Part shown: piece by piece, positions 50,617 through 63,572 of the stretch
Layout: every line of letters begins with the position of its first letter
Numbering within the stretch: the first letter of the stretch is position 1
Assembly: GCA_964016885.1 (NCBI GenBank)
Contig: OZ024749.1
Coordinates: 310,001 to 374,000 of the forward strand
DNA from: Eledone cirrhosa
Taxonomy: Eukaryota
DNA: 64,000 nt
Reading direction: 5' to 3'
Program-made: the position numbers and the translations under genes
Notes under the pieces: generated by a model
Seen by the model: only the letters and a program-made list of their open reading frames with translations
The model's database searches: none
What the model was told of the DNA's origin: nothing

Positions 50617-53600
50617 CCGTATCCAGTCCAACCTTCCAATCTTGCCAAATCCTAATGTAGTTTGTCGTATTTCGAAAAAAACAAATGTGTATTTTTTGTT
50701 ATTGCCTGTTCAATACGAGGGTTTTTGTCGTATTAAACAAAAACAAATCTTGTATTTTTGTTATCGCTAGTTAAATACGAGGACCTCATTCAATCCTTAC
50801 CTTCTCGCTATCTACCCAACACCCCTCCCTCCCGCCCCCACGCACCACCATTATTATTACATGGACCAATCATAAGCCAGAGGCCTATACTATCGCTTGC
50901 CTGGTTGCCTTTCGATATATGATGGATGGATGGACTACGGAATTCTGGAGAGTGGAAGAGAGAAAAATCTGGACGCTCAGCGACAATGCCAAAGATAAAG
51001 ACAAATTCACCTCGTGGACGAGAATGCGAGCACTCCTCTTTGTTTCGGCCGCGGATGGCTAACATAACCCCATCTCCCCCCGCTCCCCACCGCTCCCACC
51101 CTCCAAACGCAATCCAAAAGTTCAGAGTTGGTACCATGAATGTAGGCCCCTTAAAGGGTCGCTCTAACGAGGTTGTAGAAATGCTCGAACGTAAGGAGGT
51201 CGATGTTTGTTGTATTCAAGAGACCAGGTGGAGGGGTGGATCTGCTAGATTCATTGAGGGTAAAAAACGATGCTATAAGCTTTTCTGGGTGGGAAATGAC
51301 GATGGGCTGGGTGGAGTAGGAATCATGGTAGCAGAAAAGTGGGCAGATAAGATAATAGACGTAAATAGAGTGAACGACAGAATAATTAAAATAAGACTTG
51401 TCCTTAATAGAACTACGGTGACAGTAATATCTGCGTACGCACCCCAATCCGGACTGCCCGGCACTATAAAAGACAGATTCTATGAGACACTGATGCTCAC
51501 TACCTCCCAAATAACCGACAGTGACTATATAATTATTGCAGGCGACCTAAATGGTCACGTTGGACAACATTGTGACGGCTACGACGAAATCCATGGAGGC
51601 TATGGGTTTGGTACTAGAAATGAGGAAGGCTCCAGAATCCTGGAATTCTGTGACGCAAATAACCTAACTATCTGTAACACTAACTTCAAAAAACGTGACA
51701 ATCACCTGATCACCTATAGATAACGGGAACACACAAGCCAGGTAGATTATATCCTTACCAGAAGACGTGACAGAGTGTCTGTTGTAAACACTAAATCCCT
51801 CCCCCATGAAGAATGCACCTCCCAACATAGACTGATAATTAGCGACCTCATAGTCAGGACGAGACGTACTCGACAGCAGAATAGGACTATCCTCAGGAGA
51901 AAAATATGGAAGCTAAAGGACCCGACAGCCAGAAATAAATTTCAAAGCATATTACTTGATGCTTCGACAGTAAGGAAGAGCATTTAGAGTCGGACAATAT
52001 AGAGGGACAGTGGGAATTCCTGAAAGCAAACCTGCTGATGGCGGCAGACGAAGTCTGTGGCTGGAGCAGGCCTGTAGGCAGGAGGAGAGTAACATGGTGG
52101 TGGAACAGTAAGGTGGAGGGGTCAATTAAGGCCTAAAAGCAGGCTTGGAAAGTATGGCGGGATGGGGTAAGTAGAGAAGACTATCAAGTGGCCAGGAGGG
52201 AAGCTAGGAGACAAGTGTACTTCGCAAGAAGGGAAGCAGAGGAAAGAAAGTTCAAGCATGTTCTACAACGTGAGGTGTTCAGGATTGCTGGGCAATGTGT
52301 CAAGGAAAACCGTGATATTGTCGGGGAGAAGTGTGTACTTAATGATGACGGCGTACTTGCCATCACCGACGCTGATAAGAAGGTAGCTTGGAAGTGTCAC
52401 TATGAAAGGCTACTAAATGAGGAGAATAAATGGGAGAAAGACAGTCTCCCCCACATCGACCCAATAGAGGGACCAGCAGTGTTAGTCGAGGGTAGTATAA
52501 TAAGTAAGGCAATCAAGGATATGAAGACGGGTAAGGCGGCTGGGCCTTCGGAAATAGTTGCTGAGATGCTGAAGGCATCTGGCACGGTGGGACACACCAT
52601 GGTCACCCGGATAGTTAACCAAGTCGTACAGAATGGGGTTGTTCCGAAGGACTGGCATAGCAGCATCATCGTTAACTGTTATAAGGGTAAAGGAGATGCC
52701 CTAGATAGGAGTAACTATAGAGGCATTAAATTAATCGACCAGGTCATGAAGGTCACGGAAAAAGTAATAGCGCAACTAATCAGAGAGAGAATTGACCTAG
52801 ATGAAATGCAGTTCGGGTTTGTGTCAGGCAAAAGTACCACAGACGCTCTTTTCATTGTACGACAACTACAGGAGAAGTACCTAGCTAAAAGTAAACCCCT
52901 CTACTTAGCTTTTGTCGACTTGGAGAAAGCCTTCGACAGAGTCCCCCGTTCCATTATCTGGTGGGCCCTTAGAAAACTAGGTGTCGACGAATGGCTTGTG
53001 AGAGCTATACAAACCATGTATAAAGAAACAGTCAGCAAGGTTAGAATTAACAACGAATATAGTGAAGAGTTTAGCGTAAAAGTTGGCGTCCATCAGGGCT
53101 CTGTTCTCAGCCCCCTACTATTTATTATTGCCCTTCAGGCTATAACAGAGGAGTTCAAGACCGGCTGCCCATGGGAACTCCTATACGCAGACGACTTAAC
53201 ACTCATAGCTGAATCAATGGCCGAGCTAGAGAAGAAATTCCAAACATGGAAGCACGGCCTAGAATCAAAAGGCCTTAAAATTAATCTGGCTAAGACCAAA
53301 GTTCTAGTTTGTACGAAAGAAAATAAGGCGGCGGCCCCTTCCGGGAAGTGGCCATGCTCAGTGTGTAGGAAAAGCGTAGGTAGAAACTCCATTTTGTGTC
53401 AGAAATGCAAAGTATGGGTGCATAAAAGATGTAGTGGGATCACAGGTAAGCTAACTAAGAACATAGATTTCACATGTGGCCGGTGCTCTGGTGCAATAAG
53501 TAGCAGCAAGTGCCCACAAAATACTAGCTCTTTCAACTGCGCAGAGGGCTCTATAGAAATAGTGGACAGCTTCCGTTACCTGGGTGACAAAATCAGCAGT

Positions 53601-54524
53601 GGGGGAGGGTGCTCTGAAAGTACAGTAGCTAGAGTCAGAACTGGATGGAAAAAGTTCAGAGAGCTTATACCACTATTAGCCGCTAAAGGGTTCTCCCTAA
53701 AAATGAAAAGCAGGTTGTATGATGCCTGCATACGAACAGCAATGTTGCATGGCAGTGAGACCTGGGCATTGTGTGCAGAGGATATACGCAGACTAGAGAG
53801 GAACGAAGCTTGCATGCTCCGCTGGATGTGTAATAGTAATATACGTGAACGGCAAAGCATAAACGAACTAAGGAAAAAATTAGAAATAAGAGGGATCAGA
53901 TGTTGTTTACTCAAGAGAAGGCTACGTTGGTATGGACACGTGATGCGCATGGAAGTCGATAGCTGTATAACAAAGTGCAGGGAAATAAAGATAGACGGTA
54001 GCCACGGAATAGGCAGACCTAGAAAAACCTGGGACGAGCTGATAAACTCCGACCTCACACACTTACACCTCTCCAAGACAATGTCACTGGACCGAGACCT
54101 TTGGCGGTACTCAGTAATAGAGAAGACCCGCCTTACCTAAATACATAGTAAAACCTACTACAGTCAGTAGGCATCTCTAACAAAATACACCCCCCGTCCC
54201 ACCCCCCCACCCCATCCACACCGCCCCCTTCTATGTAAAGTTATGTTGGTGCCACACCATCCAGGCCGAAACAAATGAGATCGTGTAGGTGTCACGACAA
54301 AAAAACACACAGTCCACGCTGTAATGTGGCCGTGTAGGCAACACGGTAAAAACCTCCCAGACCCACACTGTAAATGTGGTTGGTGTTAGGAAGGGCATCC
54401 AACTGTAGAAAACCTGCCAGACAGTCCTATGCGAACAAGACAATCACTCTTGCCTCAAGTGGGAAAACCCCCGTCGAAACCCATGCAAGCGTGGAACACG
54501 GACGCTAAACGTTGATGATGATGA
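50617..54524 (+). mobile_element. Near full-length RTE LINE family A1 (APE + RT), several disablements
   Basis: APE motifs GTMNV, CIQETRW, SAYAPQ, AGDLNGHVG; stops at 51721 and ~52135 and a frameshift near 51960; RT ORF 52188-54140 with YADD; 3'UTR and (GAT)n. The 5' boundary is uncertain. Confidence 0.95.
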
Positions 54525-54554
54525 TATATATATGTGTGTATATATATATGTATG

Positions 54555-54627
<73 letters not shown>

Positions 54628-54698
54628 ATATATATATATGTATGTATGTATATATATATATATGTATGTATGTATATATATATATATATATATGTATG

Positions 54699-54729
<31 letters not shown>

Positions 54730-54752
54730 ATATATATATATATGTATGTATG

Positions 54753-54785
<33 letters not shown>

Positions 54786-54830
54786 ATATATATATATGTA
54801 TGTATGTATATATATATATATATATGTATG

Positions 54831-54910
<80 letters not shown>
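54525..54910. repeat. Compound (TA)n/(TATG)n microsatellite
   Basis: Seen directly. Confidence 0.97.
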
Positions 54911-54912
<2 letters not shown>

Positions 54913-55237
54913 GGAGGTGAGTTTTATTGTAGTACAATAAAGCAATGCAGATATCGGATAAGAAGCACTCTACAGTTTGTAGGACTGGAGTATACATAAT
55001 ATATAAGAACAAAAGATGGTTAAAAGAGTTCCATGTATTTTATTATGCGCATTTCATATGTTGATTTAAAACTGAACTATCCACATCCACAAGTGTTTTT
55101 TAACCTTCATATCATGTCTTCCTGTTTTATCTGATGAAAACACAAATATTATTGCATGATAAAATACGCATAATAAAATGCGCATAATAAAATACTTGGA
55201 ACTCTTTTAACCATCTTTTGTTCTTATATATATATAT

Positions 55238-58200
55238 AAATTCACCTCGTGGACGAGAATGCAAGCACTCCTCCTTGTTTCGGCCCAGGATGGCTAACAT
55301 AACCCCATCCCCCCCCCCCCCCGCGCCCCACCGCTCCCACCCTCCAAACGCAATCCAAAACTTCAGAGTTGGTACCATGAATGTAGGCACCTTAAAGGGT
55401 TGCTCTAACGAGGTTGTAGAAATGCTTGAACGTAAGGAGGTCGATGTTTGTTGTATTCAAGAGACCAGGTGGAGGGGAGGGTCGGCTAGATTCATCGTGG
55501 GTAAAGAACGATGCTATAAGCTTTTCTGGGTGGGAAATGACAATGGGTTGGGTGGGGTAGGAATCATGGTAGCAGAAAAGTGGGCAGATAAGATAATAGA
55601 CGTAAATAGAGTGAACGACAGAATAATTAAAATAAGACTTGTCCTCAATAAAACTACGGTGACAGTAATATCTGCGTACGCACCCCAATCCGGACTGCCC
55701 GGCGCTATAAAAGACAGATTCTACGAGACACTGATGCTCGCTACCTCCCAAATAACCGACAGTGACTATATAGTTATTGCAGGCGACCTAAATGGTCACG
55801 TTGGACAACATTGTGACGGCTATGACGGAATCCATGGAGGCTATGGGTTCGGTACTAGAAGTGAGGAAGGCTCCAGAATCCTGGAATTCCGCGACGCAAA
55901 TAACTTAACTATCTGTAACACTAACTTCAAAAAACGAGACAATCACTTGATCACCTATAGATCGGGGGAACACAGAAGCCAGGTAGATTATATCCTTACC
56001 AGAAGACGTGACAGAGTGTCTGTTGTTAACACTAAATCCCACCCCCATGAAGAATTCACCTCCCAACATAGACTTATAATTAGCGACCTCATAGTCAGAA
56101 CGAGACGTACTAGACAGCGGAAGAGGACTATCCTCAGGAGAAAAATATGGAAGCTAAAGGACCCCATAGCCAGAAATAAATTTCAAAGCATATTACTTGA
56201 CGCTTTCGACAGTAAGGAAGAGCAATTAGAGTCGTATAATATAGAGGAACAGTGGGAGTTCCTGAGAGCAAACCTGCTGATGGCGGCAGACGAAGTCTGT
56301 GGCTGGAGCAGGCCTGTAGGTAGGAGGAGAGTAACATGGTGGTGGAACAGTAAGGTGGAGGAGTCAATTAAGGCCAAAAAGCAGGCTTAGAAAGTATGGC
56401 GGGATGGGGGAAGTAGAGAAGACTATCAAGTGGCCAGGAGGGAAGCTAGGAGACAAGTGTACTTCGCAAGAAGGGAAGCAGAGGAAAGAAAGTTCAAGCA
56501 TGTTCTACAACGTGAGGACCAAAAACGTGAGGTGTTCAGGATTGCCAGGCAATGTGTCAAGGAAAACCGTGATATTGTCGGGGAGAAGTGTGTACTTAAC
56601 GATGATGGCATACTTGCCATCACCGACGCTGATAAGAAGGTAGCTTGGAAGTGTCACTACGAAAGGCTTCTAAATGAGGAGAACAAATGGGAGAAAGACA
56701 GTCTGCCCCACATCGACCCAATAGAGGGACCAGCAGTGTTAGTCGAGGGTAGTATAATAAGTAAGGCAATCAAAGATATGAAGACGGGTAAGGCGGCTGG
56801 GCCTTCGGAAATAGTTGCTGAGATGCTGAAGGGATCTGGTTCGGTGGGACACACCATGGTCACCCGGATAGTTAACCAAGTCGTACAGAATGGGGTTGTT
56901 CTGAAGGACTGGCGTAGCAGCATCATCGTTAACTGCTATAAGGGAAAAGGAGATGCCCTAGATAGGAGTAACTGTAGAGGCATTAAATTAATCGACCAGG
57001 TCATGAAGGTCACGGAAAAAGTAATAGCGCAACTAATCAGAGAGAGAATTGATCTAGATGAAATGCAGTTCGGGTTTGTGTCAGGCAAAAGTACCACAGA
57101 CGCTCTTTTCATTGTACGACAACTACAGGAGAAGTACCTAGCTAAAAGTAAACCCCTATACTTAGCTTTTGTCGACTTGGAGAAAGCCTTCGACAGAGTC
57201 CCCCGTTCCATTATCTGGTGGTCTCTTAGAAAACTAGGTGTTGACGAATGGCTTGTGAGAGCTATACAAGCCATGTATAAAGAAACAGTCAGTAAGGTTA
57301 GAATTAACAACGAATATAGTGAAGAGTTTAGCGTAAAAGTTGGTATCCATCAGGGCTCTGTTCTTAGCCCCCTACTATTTATTATTGCCCTTCAGGCTAT
57401 AACAGAGGAGTTCAAGACCGGCTGCCCATGGGAACTCCTATACGCAGATGATCTAACGCTCATAGCTGAATCAATGACCGAACTAGAGAAGAAATTCCAA
57501 ACATGGAAGCACGCCCTAGAATCAAAAGGCCTTAAAATTAACCTGGCTAAGACTAAATTTCTAGTTTGTAGGAAAGAAAATAAGGCGGCGGTCCCATCTG
57601 GGAAATGGCCATGCTCAGTGTGTAGGAAAGGCGTAGGTAGAAACTCCATTTTATGTCCCAAATGCAAAGTATGGGTGCATAAAAGATGTAGTGGGATCAC
57701 AGGTAAGCTAACTAAGAACATAGATTTTACATGTGGCCGGTGCTCTGGTGCAATAAGTAGCAGCAAGTGCCCACAAAATACTAGCTCCTTCAACTGCGCA
57801 GAGGGTTCTATAGAAATAGTGGACAGCTTCCGTTATCTGGGTGACAAAATCAGCAGTGGGGGAGGGTGCTCTGAAAGTACAGTAGCTAGAGTCAGAACTG
57901 GATGGAAAAAGTTCAGAGAGCTTATACCACTATTAGCCGCTAGAGGGTTCTCCCTAAAAATGAAAGGCAGGTTATACGATGCCTGCATACGAACAGCAAT
58001 GCTGCATGGCAGTGAGACCTGGGCATTGTGTGCAGAGGATATACGCAGACTAGAGAGGAACGAAGCTTGCATGCTCCGCTGGATGTGCAATAGTAATATA
58101 CGTGAACGGCAAAGCATAAACGATATAAGGAAAAAATTAGAAATAAGAGGGATCAGATGTTGTTTACTCAAGAGAAGGCTACGTTGGTATGGACACGTGA

Positions 58201-58906
58201 TGCGCATGAAAGACGACAGCTGTATAACAAAGTGCAGGGCAATAAAGATAGACGGTAGCCACGGAGTAGGCAGACCCAGAAAAACATGGGACGAGCTGAT
58301 AAATTCCGACCTCACACGCTTACACCTCTCCAAGACAATGTCACTGGACCGAGACCTTTGGCGGTACTCAGTAATAGAGAAGACCCGCCTTACCTAAATA
58401 CAAAGTAAAAACCTACTACAGTCAGTAGGCATCTCTATCAAAACACACCCCCGTCCCACCACCTCCACCCCACCCACACCGCCCCTTTCAATGTAAAGTT
58501 ATGTTGGTCCCACAACATCCAGGCCGAAACAAATGAGATCGTGTAGGTGTCACGACAAAAAACACACAGTCCACGCTGTAAATGTGGCCGTGTAGGCAAC
58601 ACGGTAAAAACCTCCCAGTTCCACACTGTAAATGTGGTTGGTGTTAGGAAGGGCATCCAACTGTAGAAAACCCGCCAGACAGTCCACGCTGTAATGTGGC
58701 CGTGTAGGCAACACGGTAAAAACCTCCCAGCCCCACACTGTAAATGTGGTTGGTGTTAGGAAGGGCATCCAACTGTAGAAAACCCGCCAGACAGTCCTAT
58801 GCGAGCAAGACAACCACTCTTGCCTCAAGTGGGAAAACCCCCGTCCAAACCTATGCAAGCGTGGAACACGGACGCTAAACCTGATGATGATGATGATGAT
58901 GATGAT
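55238..58906 (+). mobile_element. Near full-length RTE LINE family A1; single in-frame stop at 56388-56390; duplicated 3'UTR segment
   Basis: ORFs 55218-56390 (APE) and 56430-58397 (RT) are in the same frame, with TAG where the sister copy has TGG. 58566-58677 is repeated at ~58678-58795. Confidence 0.95.
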
Positions 58907-58919
58907 ATATATATATATT

Positions 58920-60506
58920 TATTAAAATAACAGATTAAAGTCTAAGCAAAGAATCGCTGCTTTCACCCTTAACTGGATCTTCTGAAACTAACAAAGTCAA
59001 TCTGTAAACGCAGAAGTTGATATTTCAAAAAACGTTGCAACCGGAGGAAGACAGGAAGACGATACTTTGGTTCGTGGAAACGTTCCCTGGCAAAGAACGG
59101 GAAAAACGAATATAATACGTCATTAATAGGAGCGGTGAAAAACAATTACGCGCAAAGACAGAACCACGTTTATGGTATAAAAGAAGTCGTAGACTAATAT
59201 TCTCTTAGGTGGTTCATAGAGACGTTCTCTGACAATGAACGGAAAAAACGAAGATAATACGTCATATGTGGAGCGTGGAGAACAATTGCACGCAAAGACA
59301 AAACTACGTAAATTGTATAGCTGAAGTCGTAGACTAAAATTCTAACTAGGAAACCGAATGAATCTCCGCTTCAGAGTTAAGAATAAAGTAAATAAAATAC
59401 AATACAGAGGTAATAGAAATTAAATAAATACATACACGCATGCAAATACGTACATACACAAGCATACGCGAAAACACTTGCCATAGGTATACAAAACCAC
59501 GCACATATAAATATGTGTGTGTGTGCGTGTATACAAATAATTAAATAATAAAATAAACGTATATAAATAAATAAATACGTATATAACAAGCACACACACA
59601 TACCTACATGTAAATACACAAATGTTCGGAGACGTACGTCAACCAAAACATGAAGTACACATATACACACACCCTACATACGTACGAACCTGCATACTCA
59701 CACAGACGCAAAACTCCCTGTATACACATAACCAAACCATATGTACCAGAATATATAAAATTATACGCCATAACATATACAATCAAATATACGTACGAGA
59801 AAGTATACGTACATTCACAAAACATACAGGTAATAAATACTTACCTATGCAAATAAGTAATGGTATAAACAAAACATATACTTAGCTACCACATCAAGAC
59901 GTAAAATATCCACGTATAGATCGTACATCCGTTAGGGTATAACGTGGGGCTGTAATACAGGAAAGTTTTGTGCAATTTATGTTTACAAGCCGAAATTGCC
60001 TCTGTTGCGTAGAGTATTTCCAGAGCCTCAGCGGCGCAGAGGTCACATGGTCTTTTATTTCCATTATACGATTTAGCCCTAGCTAGGATCTCCCAGTGTA
60101 ACTTATATTGGGTGTGGTTGTCTTTTAGACTCCAGATATAAGCTGAAAGTGACGTCATATTCCTTCTTAGAGGGTAACGAAAAGAATGGGTATGCATGTA
60201 AAGACGCTGCTTGAATCTATTGGTGGTTAACCCTATGGAGGCCCTACGGGACGTGGGTGTTACAACCTTACATTTGTAGACAATGTTACTAGAGAGGCAT
60301 TTCTCGGTTAGGGGGCAATCAACCCGATTCCTACAATTACAGTTAGTACTAACTACAGGGTTGCACGTGTTCCTACGGCTAGGTATTTTAGCTAAATTTG
60401 AAGCTGTGATGTTATGTGCAAGGTTAGTAGTCATAGAGTAAGAAATTTTAGTAGTATTTCTATTAAAAATTTTACTATATTTATGTGTAGGGGGAAAATG
60501 CTTCAT
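58920..60506 (-). mobile_element. Naiad-type Penelope-like element, 3' part (GIY-YIG plus 3'UTR/pLTR), with a variant hammerhead at 58939-58989
   Basis: KHFPPTHKYSKIFNRNT.KISYS, CNC..CPL..CL..NIVYKC, SIGLT..FKQR..H..SF, CDLC..E, CKH. Confidence 0.88.
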
Positions 60507-60522
60507 AATATATATATATATA

Positions 60523-60887
60523 TCATCATCATCATCATCATCGTTTAACGTCCGTGTTCCATGCTTGCATGGGTTTGGACGGGAGTTTTCCCACTTGAGG
60601 CAAGAGTGGTTGTCTTGCTCGCATAGGACTGTCTGGCGGGTTTTCTACAGTTGGATGCCCTTCCTAACACCAACCACATTTACAGTGTGGGGCTGGGAGG
60701 TTTTTACCGTGTTGCCTACACGGCCACATTACAGCGTGGACTGTCTGGCAGGTTTTCTACAGCTGGATGCCCTTCCTAACACCAACCACATTTACAGTGT
60801 GGGACTGGGACATTTTTACCGTGTTGCCTACATGGTCACATTACAGCGTGGACTGTGTGTTTTTTTTTTTTTGTCGTGACACCTACA

Positions 60888-60890
<3 letters not shown>
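60523..60890 (-). mobile_element. RTE A1 3'UTR fragment with the same internal duplication as the 55238-58906 copy
   Basis: Reverse complement of ~58540-58900. Confidence 0.88.
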
Positions 60891-60921
<31 letters not shown>

Positions 60922-60955
60922 ATATATATATATTATGTATGTATATATATATATA

Positions 60956-60995
<40 letters not shown>

Positions 60996-61186
60996 ATTTG
61001 GAATGTGGGTTCAACATGTTAATCACTTCCTTGCTATTTGGTCTATATCTATGTTTGTAACTGCTCACTCTTAATCTTAGCCAACTTTTCCTTGATATCC
61101 TTCCTAAGCTTTAATAGATGTATACTCCATATTCTTCTGAGTTTTTTGGCTTGTATTGGCCGATAGTGGTTCTTGTAGCTTTACTT

Positions 61187-61224
61187 GCCCTGATGAGTCC
61201 TTAATAGGACGAAACATTGTTGGC
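61187..61224 (+). ncRNA. Canonical-core minimal type I hammerhead ribozyme (probable solo PLE pLTR, ~60990-61375)
   Basis: GCC-CTGATGA-GTCCT taat AGGAC-GAAAC-att-GTT-GGC, then AATAAA. Confidence 0.8.
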
Positions 61225-61373
61225 TAATAAAGACTTTTGATGTATTGAAGGCTTCTTTGGTTTATTTTTTATAATTCTTTGGTTCTGTTTAATTACATTG
61301 AGCTATATCTTATACTGTCATTTCTATAATATGAAGAGGGTGTTTAACTCCAACACACTCTAGTATTTTAATT

Positions 61374-61424
<51 letters not shown>

Positions 61425-61547
61425 ATGGATATATATATATATATATGTATGTATATGTATATATATATATATGTGTGTGTGTGTGTATGTATATGTATAT
61501 ATATATGTGTGTATATATATATGTATATGTATATATATATGTATATA

Positions 61548-62173
61548 TGTTGTTTACTCGAGAGAAGGCTACATTGGTACGGTCACGTGATGCGCATGAA
61601 AGACGACAGCTGTATAAAAAGTGCAGGGCAATAAAAATAGACGGCAGCCACGGAGTAGGCAGACCCAGAAAAACATGGGACGACTTGATAAATTCCGACC
61701 TCACACACTTACACCTCTCCAAGACAATGTCACTGGACCAAGATCTTTGGCGGTACACAGTAATAGAGAAGACCCGCCTTACCTAAATACAAAGTAAAAC
61801 CTACTACAGTCAGTAGGCACCTCTAACAAAATACACCCCCGTCCCACTACCCCCACCCCATCATACACTGCCCTCAATGTAAAGTTATGTTGGTACCACA
61901 ACATCCAGGCCGAAACAAATGAGGTCATGTAGGTGTCACAACAAAAAAACACACAGTCCACGCTGTAATGTGGCCGTGTAGGTAACACGGTAAAAACCTC
62001 CCAGTTCCACACTGTAAATGTGGTTGGTGTTAGGAAGGGCATCCAGCCATAGAAAACCCGCCAGACAGTCCTATGCGAGCAAGACAACCACTTTTGCCTC
62101 AAGTGGGAAAACTCCCGTCCAAACCCATGCAAGCGTGGAATATGGACGTTAAACGATGCTGATGATGATGATG
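61548..62173 (+). mobile_element. RTE LINE family A1, 3' fragment
   Basis: [14 protein letters not shown], 3'UTR and (GAT)n. Confidence 0.9.
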
Positions 62174-62249
62174 ATATATATATATATGTATATATATATA
62201 TGTATATATATGTATATATATATGTATATATATATGTATATATATGTAT

Positions 62250-62603
62250 ATCATCATCATCATGATCATCATCATTTCATTTTACGTCCGCTTTTCCCTG
62301 CTTGCAAGGGTGGGACGGGAACTGATTCTGGCTTGATTTCTACAGCTGGATGCCCTTCCTAACACCAACCTCATTTACAGTGAGTGCTGGGTGCTTTTTT
62401 GCCGTGGCACCTAAACGACCACTTTGCAGTGGAATGATAGGGACCCCAGTCCCTATCATCTCATTTCTACAGCTGAGTAAACTGGAGCAATGTGAAATAA
62501 AGTGTCTTGCTCAAGGAAACAACACATCACCCGGTCTGAGAATTGAACTCACAACCTTTCGATTGCAAGGCCAATGCTTTAACCACTAACCCATGTGCCT
62601 CCA
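62250..62603 (-). mobile_element. CORE-SINE with an RTE A2 tail
   Basis: Reverse complement of 11182-11515. Confidence 0.88.
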
Positions 62604-62605
62604 TC

Positions 62606-63301
62606 TTTAAAGCGATGAAATACCAATGATGGTTGGAAGATCACTGATGAAGGACTAACTTTATTCATATGTAACCCATTAGCAACCCCGCAGCACGTTT
62701 ATTTCCTATTTACACATATTTTTTCCCCTGCTGTTACCCGTCTATTTCGTTCTTACTGCTTCCTCTTTCTCTGTATCTTTACCCTCTCTAGCAGTCACTC
62801 TCTCTGTTAGCCTCTTCCTCACCCTTCACTCACTCATTCTCCGTCACTACCTCTCCTCCTCCTTCTTCCCGTTTGACCTGTGCATAATTCTTTTCTTTCG
62901 CACGCTTGGCCAGGCCAGTCAGCATTTTTTCTCTCTCTCGTCTACGATTTCACAGAACTTATGTTTACCGAATTCACAGACTAGACCCCTTCTTCCTCCC
63001 GTTAGACCTGTACGAAATTCCTTCCTTGCTCACATTTCAACCAGGTTTGATGGTCTTTATTCTCTCTCGTTCACGATTTCACCGAAATTAAATTCATAAA
63101 AATTTGGGACTTGACTCCTTCTTCCTCACTTTTCGTTGCTTCGCCATTTTTGTTTGTTTACACTCGTGTCCCCTTTATTTACGTGTCCCAACGACTTTTT
63201 TTAGCCGTTGCTCGCACCAACCAGAGGTATATGGTCTTTAAAGCGATGAAATACCAATGATGGTTGGAAGATCACTGATGAAGGACTAACTTTATTCATA
63301 T
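62606..63301. repeat. Unclassified ~700-bp unit bounded by ~65-bp direct repeats
   Basis: CTTTAAAGCGATGAAATACC...CTTTATTCATAT at 62606-62670 and 63237-63301; a diverged ~130-bp internal duplication. Confidence 0.7.
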
Positions 63302-63324
63302 ATATATATGTGTGTGTGTGTATA

Positions 63325-63572
63325 TATTGAAAATGTTAAGAATAACATGGTCAACAGTACAAAAAAGGGATTTATTTACAGTCTGATAATTGTTTCACTG
63401 ATTAAGTTGTCTAAAAATTGCTGAACACTTGAAGCAGTGCCACTCAATTTCAAATACATTGTTAGCTTAACCAGATCATCGGAGATAACTGTTATATGTC
63501 CGGTAATTTATGAATTCAAATTACAGCATCATTAATAATATTAATAATAAAGATAGAGAGAGAAAAAAGAAA
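63325..63572 (-). mobile_element. Solo pLTR of the 39427-42673 Naiad family, with a long-stem-II hammerhead (63378-63492)
   Basis: Near-exact reverse complement of 42425-42673. Confidence 0.88.

Noticed and set aside
50926-51723. Host 'CFDP2-like' or exonuclease gene (also 55218-56390)
   Set aside because: It is the APE domain of the RTE LINE.
62644-62650. CTGATGA as a hammerhead core (also 63275)
   Set aside because: No compatible stem II, GAAA and NUH arrangement in any permutation I could build.
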